This document shows positions 38,298 to 48,116 of a stretch of 64,000 bases of DNA, in pieces. The translations under genes were made by a program, and so were the position numbers. The DNA is taken from assembly GCA_963817915.1 (NCBI GenBank), contig CAWFQL010000012.1, positions 352,001 through 416,000 on the forward strand, given 5' to 3'. A model generated the notes under the pieces. The model saw nothing but the letters and a program-made list of their open reading frames with translations. It made no database searches and was not told the DNA's origin. Origin of the DNA: an uncultured candidate division Zixibacteria bacterium (lineage in GTDB: Bacteria > Zixibacteria > MSB-5A5 > UBA10806). Every line of letters starts with the position of its first letter. The first letter of the stretch is position 1.

Positions 38298-40637
38298 CTA
38301 GTGTCTTAACATTGCTTTATCGGCATAACACGGCCCTGACTGCTTACATATGCATTCGGGGTAACCTGTCCAATCTTTAAGATCGTTTTGAGGGTCGCAT
38401 TGTCCGCAACTGCCTTCCCAGTCATGATTTCTATGATAGCAGGGAGGACAGGGTTCCCAGAAATATAGATCCGGATTTGAGTAATAATGCCCTCCGTTAT
38501 ATCTGCAATAAGTATCGTAGAGTCTGTTTGTCATCGTAGGTTCGGGCCATCTATTGACATGGACGCGTGCATAAAACCAATCTTCAGAATCACCCCATTT
38601 GACTTGTAATTCGGCCTTGCCATGATCAACGTTGTTCTTCCAATTCCAATAATCTTCACGTGTGATAGGTGATAAAGGTGTTGTGAGCTGCATGATGCCT
38701 ATTCCAGCACCATCGAAACCAACATTGGGCCAGCCATTGCTTTTGAATTGCTGATAGTTACTTTCCAATTGTCCTATCACTTCCGCTTGACGAGCACGGT
38801 CAAGGTCAATATATCCTTGTCTGAGATAAGCAATGACTATGGCTCTATCAGGATTATTGCCTAATACTATGACATTATCATTCGGTCTAATCGATGCTGT
38901 ATAAGTCTGGCCCATGTATATTACCATTACATCTAATGATAACATGCCTCCAGCGAAATCAGCTCCAAAATTAGGAACCCAATTTCCGTGACCTCTAATT
39001 GTTTCGCCAATATTGTAATTATTAGGATCCCAATATAAATTCATCGACCAAATAAAATCAAGGTCTCCCTGTACCTCTGGCGCCACACCTTCTAAATTTG
39101 CGTGACATACAATCCGCGGCATCGCGGGCGTAGCGTCTATGAAATATTGGCTGGAGGGCAAAGGGGAGTCAATCACTAATCTTATCTCTGCGGGCAATAT
39201 ATGTATCAGTGTTGGCATTGATTGTGCTCTGGTCGTCGATTGAGCATCGATGATCGAATATAGGAGTTGTACGTCACCCGGATAGAGCGCTTCAAATTCA
39301 TTATATTTATTAGTGGTGTTATTGAATTTATATCGGCCGCTTCCTGTTAAAACCGGCCCGCCCGTTTGAGCCCATTCGTATGTTATTCGCGGTTGTTCAA
39401 AGAAATATGGATACGGGACAGCGCTAATATTTATCTTATCGCCGACGTGTATGGTATAATCATCAGGGAGGCCTTCGAAATTTATTGGCTGTGCTTGAAA
39501 TCCGTTAAAGATAGTGAGATTCGTCTCGTGAGGCGGTATAAGTCTCTGCAGACCTCCTGCTATAATTATATCCCAATTTAGGCTGACTTGATCCACATGA
39601 AATGGTGTTTCAGTGCTTATCGCTGAAATAGTAGGTTCTACTTCGAATAACTCCTGGCCAACATTTCCCTCAGATACGAAATACCTGTATCCATTATCAT
39701 AACCTTCTACTATTGCGGAAAGGGGTTGACATTGCGATGGCCATCCATGTGGGGATCCAATTAAAGATCCCAGCATAATATATGTGTTAAAGGGATAACA
39801 AACTACGGGATTGTCTGTAGGAAACAATGGGTTTTGAATGATAGGTATATTATGATCAAATGTCAATTTCCACATATTAAAATCATATGGCCACACGCAT
39901 GTGCCATATGTCGCGATTTGACCATAAGGGACTTGAAAATAGATATATCCCGCATCACTGTTATAGAATAAGGATCTGGCCTGACATTGTTCACTAGTGT
40001 ATTCCGTAAATCCGGGTCCCCAGAATGTTCCATTCAAAGAGATCGAGGTTTCGAATCCGTTCGCAATAGCTATTCCATATAAGGATGGCGGAGGAAATTC
40101 GTTTTCACCCGATAATTCTATTCTGGCCCAGAATCTAATTGATTCATCGGGATCAATATAATCAGGATAATAAATATCGGTTCTACGCCTTAATTCCGTA
40201 CCGCAAAAATCTTGAATTGCCGCAGCTAATCTGATCTCGCTGCTATGATTTTCAAAACAGATCTCGCCGTATTCCGGGTGTCCTTTGGCGATAAAGCAAA
40301 TATCTCCATCGCACTTAGGATCGAATGACATCTGAACCCTTTTATAAAAGGCCAAGGATGTAGACCCATCTCTCTGTGGATTATTACAGTTCCATTCCGA
40401 TGTTACTTTATAATACGCACAATTGCTTGACGTAATATCAACCAGTGTCTCAAATGGCGGATTGGTCAGATCAATAACTGTTCCCCAAATTTGCAAAGTG
40501 TAATTATCCAACTTAGATATTAATAGACCTCCTTCATCCGGAATAAATATCTGCGCCTGAGAGTATGACCTTTCAAAGAATGCATTATAAGATAACATTA
40601 ATACGAATATGACTAAAAAGCAATTATTTTTGGACAT
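38298..40637 (-). CDS. Large secreted protein with C-terminal lysozyme-like/lytic-transglycosylase-like domain
   Basis: AAGGAGG RBS; signal peptide; C-terminal LES..QQF, GIGIMQL, WNWKNNVDHG, YNGG, YADK matching SLT-like motifs I-III. Confidence 0.6.
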   Translation of the reverse strand: MSKNNCFLVIFVLMLSYNAFFERSYSQAQIFIPDEGGLLISKLDNYTLQIWGTVIDLTNPPFETLVDITSSNCAYYKVTSEWNCNNPQRDGSTSLAFYKRVQMSFDPKCDGDICFIAKGHPEYGEICFENHSSEIRLAAAIQDFCGTELRRRTDIYYPDYIDPDESIRFWARIELSGENEFPPPSLYGIAIANGFETSISLNGTFWGPGFTEYTSEQCQARSLFYNSDAGYIYFQVPYGQIATYGTCVWPYDFNMWKLTFDHNIPIIQNPLFPTDNPVVCYPFNTYIMLGSLIGSPHGWPSQCQPLSAIVEGYDNGYRYFVSEGNVGQELFEVEPTISAISTETPFHVDQVSLNWDIIIAGGLQRLIPPHETNLTIFNGFQAQPINFEGLPDDYTIHVGDKINISAVPYPYFFEQPRITYEWAQTGGPVLTGSGRYKFNNTTNKYNEFEALYPGDVQLLYSIIDAQSTTRAQSMPTLIHILPAEIRLVIDSPLPSSQYFIDATPAMPRIVCHANLEGVAPEVQGDLDFIWSMNLYWDPNNYNIGETIRGHGNWVPNFGADFAGGMLSLDVMVIYMGQTYTASIRPNDNVIVLGNNPDRAIVIAYLRQGYIDLDRARQAEVIGQLESNYQQFKSNGWPNVGFDGAGIGIMQLTTPLSPITREDYWNWKNNVDHGKAELQVKWGDSEDWFYARVHVNRWPEPTMTNRLYDTYCRYNGGHYYSNPDLYFWEPCPPCYHRNHDWEGSCGQCDPQNDLKDWTGYPECICKQSGPCYADKAMLRH

Positions 40638-40896
40638 GAGGGCCTCCTTTCGATAGAGTAATGTGTTCATCTGCGCAAAAACTATACCGATTATGGATAA
40701 ATCTATCTAAGTCTATCGTGGTCATAAGATTCTGTGGTCAGAATTTGAGGATATTTTGCCAGCATGTCCAAATATTGATGGGAGTGCCCCTACATGTATG
40801 GCCTCTTCCCAATATTCCCCTTGCCAAATACGGCGTTCCTGATTATTTAGAAACCTGTGTAATGATGATTATATTCAAAATAGAGGAGAATCATAC

Positions 40897-42720
40897 ATGG
40901 TAGATCAGGATAATAAGATGGATAAAGCCCCGACTTGGGAGATCGATTCGATATTCCCCGGCGGCTCCAAATCGGAAGAATTCGCCAAATTCCGCGCCAA
41001 AATAGAAACCGAAATCAAATCGGCCACCAAATCGCTGGCCGAACTGCCCAAGAAGCTCGATAAGAAATCAATCCCTCTATGGGCCAAATGGATACTCAAA
41101 CTGCAGAAAATATATGAAGAGCTCCATCTGGCCAGCGCCTTCGCCGGATGCCTTACCAGCCAGAATGTCAACGACGAAGACGCCATGAAGATCGATGCCG
41201 AAATCGATGAGCAATACTCCCGTTGGGGTATGCTGAAGGCGTCGCTGGAATCATTCTCGATCAAGCAGCCCAATAAAGAATGGGACAAGCTGATGGAGGA
41301 AAGCGGCATAAAGAAAATCAGCTTCTTTCTCAATGAGATGCGTCAAAAGGCCAAGATGAAGATGTCGGAGCCGTTGGAAAAATTGGCTCTGGAGCTATCG
41401 GTCAACGGCTACCACGGCTGGAACCGGCTTTACGATAAAATGGCGGGCGATCTTCGAGTTGATATCGATGATAACGGCCAGCGAAAGATTGTTTCGTTGG
41501 GCCAGAATGCCACTCGTTTCTCCGAGCCCGACCGCAAAGTCCGCCGGGATGCCTTCATGAAATTAACCGAGGCCTGGGAGTCGCGCGCCAATTTGGCGAC
41601 ATTGGCTCTCAATTCGCAAGCGGGATTTCGGCTGTCAATATACAAAAACCGCGGCTGGGATTCGCCGCTTTACGAGCCGCTCATGAACGCCCGCATGAAG
41701 AAAGAGACATTGGATGCCATGTGGGCCGCGGTCGCCAACGGCAAAAGCAAGATGATTGAATATATCGACGCCAAGAAAAAATTCCTGGGCATCGATAAAT
41801 TCTGCTGGTACGATCAGGAAGCGCCGGTCGGTAAGGCAAACAAGACCTACTCGTTTAAAGAAGCCGGCGATTTCATTGTCGAGCATATCGGCACCTTCTC
41901 CGATGAAATGGGCGAATTCACCCGCATGGCACTCGATAAACGTTGGGTTGAGGCTGAAAATCGCCCGGGCAAGGCCGGGGGAGGATGGTGCTCACGAATA
42001 CCGATCAGAAAAGAATCGCGAATTTTCATGACATTCGTAGGTAATTTTGGAGGTCTGGGGACATTAGGGCACGAGCTCGGGCACGCCTATCATGGATTCG
42101 TATTGAAAGACGCGCCGCCATTCGCCTCGATATACCCCATGAATCTCGCCGAGACCGCGTCCATCTTCAATGAGCTTAGAGTCACCGACGCCGCATTTGA
42201 ATCCACTAACGATGTAGACGAAAAGCTTCTTTTGCTCGATCAAAAACTTCAGGGCGGGCTGTCATTCTTCTGTAATATTCACGCAAGATTCATTTTCGAT
42301 TCCAATTTTTACGCCGAGCGGAAAAACGGCATGGTCTCCCGTGAACGGCTCAATGAATTAATGCGGGAAGCGCAGAAAAAGGCGTTCTTTGGAATATTGG
42401 ATGATAACGATGGATATCATCCGCTATTTTGGGCATCGAAATTGCATTTCTTCATCACCGGCTCGCCATTCTATAATTACCCTTATACATTCGGATTTCT
42501 CTTCGCCAGCGGAGTATACGACCGCGCTGTCAAAGAGGGGAAAGCCTTTGCCAAAAACTATCGCGCGCTTTTGGCAGATACCGGAAGAATGACTACGGAA
42601 GAGGTTGCGCAAAAGCATCTAGGGATCGATCTGACTAAGCAAGATTTCTGGAATGATGCTGTTATGCGGGTCATGTCGTCTGTCGGGCAATTTAAGGCGC
42701 TGTGCCAAAAGGCGGGATAG
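40897..42720 (+). CDS. M3B oligoendopeptidase F family
   Basis: W..DSIFPGG, RPGK.GGG.C, HELGHAYH, AETAS.FNE, HFF, FYNYPYTFG. Confidence 0.92.
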   Translation: MVDQDNKMDKAPTWEIDSIFPGGSKSEEFAKFRAKIETEIKSATKSLAELPKKLDKKSIPLWAKWILKLQKIYEELHLASAFAGCLTSQNVNDEDAMKIDAEIDEQYSRWGMLKASLESFSIKQPNKEWDKLMEESGIKKISFFLNEMRQKAKMKMSEPLEKLALELSVNGYHGWNRLYDKMAGDLRVDIDDNGQRKIVSLGQNATRFSEPDRKVRRDAFMKLTEAWESRANLATLALNSQAGFRLSIYKNRGWDSPLYEPLMNARMKKETLDAMWAAVANGKSKMIEYIDAKKKFLGIDKFCWYDQEAPVGKANKTYSFKEAGDFIVEHIGTFSDEMGEFTRMALDKRWVEAENRPGKAGGGWCSRIPIRKESRIFMTFVGNFGGLGTLGHELGHAYHGFVLKDAPPFASIYPMNLAETASIFNELRVTDAAFESTNDVDEKLLLLDQKLQGGLSFFCNIHARFIFDSNFYAERKNGMVSRERLNELMREAQKKAFFGILDDNDGYHPLFWASKLHFFITGSPFYNYPYTFGFLFASGVYDRAVKEGKAFAKNYRALLADTGRMTTEEVAQKHLGIDLTKQDFWNDAVMRVMSSVGQFKALCQKAG

Positions 42721-42770
42721 ATCATAAAAAATATCTGTTCACTGAATCGATTAGAATAGACTAAGTCACT

Positions 42771-42798
42771 GTAGGGATTCAAAATTTTGAATCCCTAC
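42771..42798. repeat. Perfect 28-bp GTAG-started palindrome (REP-like and/or terminator)
   Basis: GTAGGGATTCAAAATTTTGAATCCCTAC between convergent genes. Confidence 0.65.
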
Positions 42799-42840
42799 TT
42801 TGCATTTGTTGAATTATTACAAAATTAAATATTAAATTAA

Positions 42841-44127
42841 TTACGATGATTTATTAAATTTCTTAAGAATATCTTTTATCGCGTCCTTGTGCACCATGAA
42901 GCTCAGCATCTTCAAACGGATATAATCATCCCTGAAAAACAGATATCCTTCGAATTTCCCCTGATTACGGCTTCTCGCCGAATCCTTGATTAAAAACCAG
43001 TCATGTCCGCCGGCCTTTGTGATACCGACAATATGAATTCCGTGCTCGTCGCCTGTAGTGCCGTTATTGATTCGAAGTTCCCGCGAGTCCTGATTAATAT
43101 ATGCCTGCGGAATATCGAAATCGGGGATTATGGCGGCATCCTCGGCGCCATTATCACCGGGTTCAGACATATCGCCGCCGATTTCCATCGAATACCCTTT
43201 GGTTATGGCTGATTTTAGAATAGCATACCACTCATCGAGCGGGACATTGTAATAGGTGGAATCCTTCCACCAATTATCGGGTACATCAAAAAGCGCCTGA
43301 GTATAAAATGGTACCTCCAATGTCGACATCAAACTGACATAATCATCGGGATTGATCTTGAGAATTTCAGTAGCGAATTGGATAGGCGTTACCGTCTTGC
43401 CATTATACTGGAATGTTTGCGGTGGCTCGCCCAAATATTTATTGAGAATTACTTTGACACAATTGACCACCTCATCTTCATCCCAATAATTATTGGTATT
43501 AACTAAAGCAAGGTATGCCGTAATCTCATCAACCATTATTGAATGATCATGATATTTTGCCTCGTTGCGGCCATCGTATACCTCTTCAGGTACACAGCCA
43601 TAGAGCTTTATCATCCTCAAGACTGCATTGGATTCGGAGCCTTCTCCGAGCTCATAATCGCCTCGTTCGCGGACAAAATGACGCACCTTTTCAAGGTACT
43701 CATGATATACAGTGAACATTTCCGAAAGCTTTACCTTTTGTTCCGTCAGCCGCGCGATTTCCGATTCGACGAACGATGTCCCCGAAAAGCTCCAACATGT
43801 ACCAGTGCGATATTGTCCGAGCGGTGGATTATGGAAAACCTGCTTGAATGATTCAGGAGAAGATGGCTTTACAACCTTACTGAAATCGAACCTCAGTTCC
43901 CTGGCATTTTTTCGGGCTTCGTCGCTTTGTTTTTTCTGTCGAGCGCGAATTTCAGCGGTGATGCTATCCTGTTCCGCCTGAATCTTGCGGGCATTCTCCC
44001 TGATCTCTTTGAATACCGGCGCAGAATATTTAGGCACGTAGATAATTTTCTCTTTCTGCGCGAAAAGAAGAGTAGGCCATAACAATAAAAGGCCAACGAA
44101 TATTAGAATCGATCGAGAATATCTCAT
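42841..44127 (-). CDS. Secreted C1 family cysteine peptidase (aminopeptidase C/bleomycin hydrolase-like)
   Basis: Signal peptide; QYRTGTCWSF, LSEMF, VPDNW, DEHGIHIVG, IKDS. Confidence 0.85.
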   Translation of the reverse strand: MRYSRSILIFVGLLLLWPTLLFAQKEKIIYVPKYSAPVFKEIRENARKIQAEQDSITAEIRARQKKQSDEARKNARELRFDFSKVVKPSSPESFKQVFHNPPLGQYRTGTCWSFSGTSFVESEIARLTEQKVKLSEMFTVYHEYLEKVRHFVRERGDYELGEGSESNAVLRMIKLYGCVPEEVYDGRNEAKYHDHSIMVDEITAYLALVNTNNYWDEDEVVNCVKVILNKYLGEPPQTFQYNGKTVTPIQFATEILKINPDDYVSLMSTLEVPFYTQALFDVPDNWWKDSTYYNVPLDEWYAILKSAITKGYSMEIGGDMSEPGDNGAEDAAIIPDFDIPQAYINQDSRELRINNGTTGDEHGIHIVGITKAGGHDWFLIKDSARSRNQGKFEGYLFFRDDYIRLKMLSFMVHKDAIKDILKKFNKSS

Positions 44128-44570
44128 GGAGAACCTCCCGTTATTTATTGGAATCTTAATTATTGTTTTATGCCAGTATTAGATTCAACGATCATGATTC
44201 TTTCTTATATATGATAATCTGCAATCTTGCAATATTGATTTTTCTTCGAATGACGGATCGATTCGCTATATTCATCTTAGACACCATAAAATATTATCTG
44301 CTGGACTCTCTTTTCTTCAAATTTTTTCGAATAAACTAAAATCCATTTTATATTTTCGCTTGACTCGAATTCGTACGGGAATTTGTATGTTTGTCATGAT
44401 AATGAATATCATTAGCGACACTAATTTTAGTGAATATATATACGGCATGGCGGGGGGTTATGCAACTAATAGGAGTAAAATGACAAAATTCGTTGTGATT
44501 TGTTCTAATCCCAATGGGGATTCCGTTGTTTTAAACCCTAAACCCATAATTACAGAAAGGGAGGCACAAA

Positions 44571-44858
44571 ATGCCTAAATCACAAACCTTAGATAGGCCG
44601 GGAGCTCCTTCTGAATGGGGCCATGTATTCGAGCAATTGCCTATTCAAAAGGTCAGCCAGCCAGGTTGCTATGTGGATCATCTATATGGCAATCTTTACA
44701 GGGTAACCCCTGAAATGCTCAACATCGGCGGCACAGTATTTCATGGTTTTGTCAGCAGAGAGCCATGGAATGTCACCAGAATCAGCGATGACTATACCAT
44801 GCCGATCGACGAAGCACGAATAGTCGCTGCCAACGCGTCCTTAGTAATCAATTTCTGA
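44571..44858 (+). CDS. Small hypothetical protein (95 aa)
   Basis: GGGAGG RBS; followed by a terminator; PG.Y...G.L.RV...VT.IS...AR..AAN....NF pattern. Confidence 0.7.
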   Translation: MPKSQTLDRPGAPSEWGHVFEQLPIQKVSQPGCYVDHLYGNLYRVTPEMLNIGGTVFHGFVSREPWNVTRISDDYTMPIDEARIVAANASLVINF

Positions 44859-44891
44859 CTCGCCTCAGCGGCATTCAAGGTAATCTACACT

Positions 44892-44928
44892 ATCCCCAGA
44901 TGTCATTTACGATATCTGGGGATTTTTT
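44892..44928 (+). terminator. Rho-independent terminator
   Basis: ATCCCCAGATGTC-ATTTAC-GATATCTGGGGAT-TTTTT. Confidence 0.8.
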
Positions 44929-45111
44929 AATCATATATTTCGCCGAAGAATCATATCCGGAATGCAAAAAATATTTCTAATTTGATGCTCGAAAAGCGTA
45001 TGCGCTAAATTCCGGGGTTCATATATTGCTTGTAAGAGAAAAAAGGACAGAGTTAAAATACTGTCCGGCAGACAGGCCGTTTGACCGGCTTGATTCGCAA
45101 GGAGTGAGATT

Positions 45112-46194
45112 ATGAATAAATTGCCGCCCACACAGACAATGTACAACGCCTTGTTAAGGCGAGATACGAATTTCGAAGGTGTATTTTACGTCGCAGTCAA
45201 GACAACCGGAATTTTTTGCCGTCCGACCTGCCCGGCGAGAAAACCGAAATCTGAGAATGTAGAATTTTTCTCATCACCCGGCGAGGCGCTTTACGCGGGG
45301 TATCGTCCCTGCGCGAAATGCCATCCCCTTGATAAGGAGAAGCATACGCCCGAGTTAGTCGAACGTCTATGCAATGTTATAGAGGAATCACCTTCTGAAA
45401 AAATTACCAGCGCCAATCTTCTATCAATGGGCATTGATCCCTCAACCGCGCGCCGCCAGTTTCAACGATACTATGGCATGACATTCCATGCCTATCATCG
45501 GGCACGGCGAATGGGGATGGCCTTGCATGAAATTCGAGGCGGCGAAAGCGTGATCGGGGCCCAAATCAATCACGGTTTTGAATCGGCGAGCGGCTTCTGG
45601 GAAGCATTCAAACAGATTTTCGGATCATCTCCCAGCAATGCAGATCAAATCAAATGTCTATTCGCCAAATGGATCGAAACACCGCTCGGCGCGATGATTG
45701 CTCTGGCCGATAACAAGGGCGTTTATCTTTTGGAATTTGTCGATCGGCGCGGCCTGGAAAATGAGATTCTTAAAATTAGAAAAAAAACTAAATGCTATAT
45801 AGTACCGGGTGAAAACGGCCTTTTGGCGAAAATCGCCGATGAGATTAAGAAGTATTTCGAGGGTACATCATCCCAATTTACTGTCCCTATCGTAACTTTG
45901 GGATCGGATTTCGAGGAAGCAGTCTGGAAGCAATTGAGAACAATTCCGCCGGGGGAGACCCGGTCATATTCGGAGATGGCTCAAAAACTCGACAATCCTC
46001 ATGCCGTTCGAGCTGTTGGCAGGGCCAATGGTAGAAACTGTCTGGCCATTGTGATCCCATGCCATCGAGTGATTCGAGCCGATGGTTCTTTATGCGGTTA
46101 CGGTGGCGGAATCTGGCGCAAGCAATGGCTGCTCGATCATGAAATCAAAATGATGTCGGGAAAAGCAGGCAAATCCATACCCGGAAAAGAGTGA
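45112..46194 (+). CDS. ada: Bifunctional Ada: transcriptional activator / methylated-DNA--protein-cysteine methyltransferase
   Basis: TTGIFCRPTCPARKP...GYRPCAKC zinc domain; AraC HTH; RAVGRANG.N...VIPCHRV. Confidence 0.92.
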   Translation: MNKLPPTQTMYNALLRRDTNFEGVFYVAVKTTGIFCRPTCPARKPKSENVEFFSSPGEALYAGYRPCAKCHPLDKEKHTPELVERLCNVIEESPSEKITSANLLSMGIDPSTARRQFQRYYGMTFHAYHRARRMGMALHEIRGGESVIGAQINHGFESASGFWEAFKQIFGSSPSNADQIKCLFAKWIETPLGAMIALADNKGVYLLEFVDRRGLENEILKIRKKTKCYIVPGENGLLAKIADEIKKYFEGTSSQFTVPIVTLGSDFEEAVWKQLRTIPPGETRSYSEMAQKLDNPHAVRAVGRANGRNCLAIVIPCHRVIRADGSLCGYGGGIWRKQWLLDHEIKMMSGKAGKSIPGKE

Positions 46195-46231
46195 AATTTA
46201 GGATATATAGTCTGAAATTCCGAAATTCTTT

Positions 46232-46783
46232 TTAAGGATTTTTTATTAATGAAGTGAATGAATGAATGTAATCAGTGTCGAGTGATTTGTCGAATTTTAA
46301 TAGCCAATCTTTTATATATTCAATATCGTAGTTTCGGTTTTTGGTCATTACAGTTCTCGCGTCTTCAATATCTCTCGGTCTTCCGGCGACAATCTTATGA
46401 ATAATCAGATCCTCAATTGACGAATATTTTATTTCCGTATCATCAATTTTGACGGCTATCGCTCTCTTTAAGGCGATTTTCTCATAAGCGGAAGTCGAAA
46501 AAATGAAATCTATCCTAATGTTGGTCAGATTATCTTTTACAGGCAGGACCATTGTCTTGTTTGCAAAATCAGAAGGGGAATCAACCAACGGCTGCAGCGC
46601 GCATTGATTGACAATATCGATTATTTCCGGCAAATGGTCTGTCCCGATGCCCAAAGTAATATCAATATCCGTAGTAAATCTTGGCTCACCATGAATAAGA
46701 ACCGCCTGGCCGCCTATTACCATATAATCAATATGATTCTTCGTAAGAGCCGACGCGATTTTAGCTAACAGTTTTCTAAACAC
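46232..46783 (-). CDS. Nucleotidyltransferase (DUF6036/AbiEii-like superfamily)
   Basis: YMVIGGQAV..HG.PR.TTDIDI; EDLII.K..AGRPRD.ED; GTG start overlaps the upstream ORF end. Confidence 0.75.
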   Translation of the reverse strand: MFRKLLAKIASALTKNHIDYMVIGGQAVLIHGEPRFTTDIDITLGIGTDHLPEIIDIVNQCALQPLVDSPSDFANKTMVLPVKDNLTNIRIDFIFSTSAYEKIALKRAIAVKIDDTEIKYSSIEDLIIHKIVAGRPRDIEDARTVMTKNRNYDIEYIKDWLLKFDKSLDTDYIHSFTSLIKNP

Positions 46784-46973
46784 TATTGATTGCCTTTGCA
46801 ATCCTAAACACGCCCTCAAGGCCTTCTAGAGGATTATCGCGAAGATGACCCTTTATATCGATAACGAATTTGTACATATCCTCAAACAGTTGATAGTTTT
46901 TTTCGATATCCTGAAAATTGGCGCGAATATAGTCGGTCTCGAATTTTCGCCATATTTCATTGTCGATCTTCAT
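46776..46973 (-). CDS. Small protein paired with the nucleotidyltransferase (putative antitoxin)
   Basis: 65 aa, ends NPLEGLE...RIAKAINSV, overlaps the next gene. Confidence 0.6.
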   Translation of the reverse strand: MKIDNEIWRKFETDYIRANFQDIEKNYQLFEDMYKFVIDIKGHLRDNPLEGLEGVFRIAKAINSV

Positions 46974-47082
46974 GTTTTTGTTCGTTTCCCCAATTTGATG
47001 AACGAATGACCTGTTAGTCGCCTAACATCATAATATAGCATATATTTATAAATATTCAATCAGTAATGACTGCGGCACGATC

Positions 47083-48114
47083 CTAAAATCCGGGGTGGAT
47101 GATTTTAATCAAATAAAAGCACCCGGCGGAAATTAAACCCGCTATAGGAATCGTGAATATCCACGCCCAGACAATACGACCGGCAACGCCCCATTTGATG
47201 CCGGAAAGATTGGATGTCGCCCCAACGCCGACAATCGCCCCGGTAATTGTGTGCGTTGTAGAAACCGGAATACCAAGATGAGTGGCCATAAACAAGGTAA
47301 ACGCGCCGGCTGATTCAGCGCAAAAACCGCCAACGGGCTTTAGTTTCGTAATTTTCTGGCCCATAGTTTTTACTATTCGCCAGCCGCCGAATGCTGTCCC
47401 CAGGCCCATGGCAAGATGGCATGACAATATAATCCACATCGTATTGAGATGTGTCAATGAAAGCTCGGTGCCAGGCTTCATTAATCCACCCGCAATCAAG
47501 AGAGCCATTATAATTCCCATTGTCTTTTGAGCGTCATTGCCGCCATGTCCCAATGAGTACAAAGCCGCTGAGAATAACTGTAACTTGCGGAACCATTTAT
47601 CGACTTCATGCGGCCTCCAACGCCGGAATATCCAATAGACCGCAATCATTACCGCGAATCCAATAACAAGTCCGATAAGAGGGGCAAGGGGAATAAATTT
47701 AACCGTTTTCCAGATATTATCCCAACGGATTACGCTCAAACCTTTGTAGGCCAAACCTGCTCCAGCAACTCCGCCAATAAGAGCATGTGATGAACTTGTC
47801 GGTAGGCCCAATACCCATGTCAGCAAGTCCCAGACTATCGCCCCTATGAGTCCGGCAAGAACGACATATACATAAACACTGTCAGTCCCATCGATCTTTG
47901 CGATTTTCGAGATAGTGTCCGCGACTCGTGGTGCGAATATAAACATGGCGACAAAATTGAAAAAAGCCGCCCACCAGACGGCAACTCTTGGGCTCAATAC
48001 CCTGGTAGATACCACAGTGGCTATGGAATTGGCGGCGTCATGAAATCCATTGATGACATCAAAAATAAGGGCGATTACAACAGTGATAACGACAATGATC
48101 ATTATGGGGGTCAT
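47083..48114 (-). CDS. pit: PiT family inorganic phosphate transporter
   Basis: NGFHDAANSIAT, GLPTSSSHALIG, HGGNDAQKTMG, GIPVSTTH. Confidence 0.93.
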   Translation of the reverse strand: MTPIMIIVVITVVIALIFDVINGFHDAANSIATVVSTRVLSPRVAVWWAAFFNFVAMFIFAPRVADTISKIAKIDGTDSVYVYVVLAGLIGAIVWDLLTWVLGLPTSSSHALIGGVAGAGLAYKGLSVIRWDNIWKTVKFIPLAPLIGLVIGFAVMIAVYWIFRRWRPHEVDKWFRKLQLFSAALYSLGHGGNDAQKTMGIIMALLIAGGLMKPGTELSLTHLNTMWIILSCHLAMGLGTAFGGWRIVKTMGQKITKLKPVGGFCAESAGAFTLFMATHLGIPVSTTHTITGAIVGVGATSNLSGIKWGVAGRIVWAWIFTIPIAGLISAGCFYLIKIIHPGF

Positions 48115-48116
48115 GA

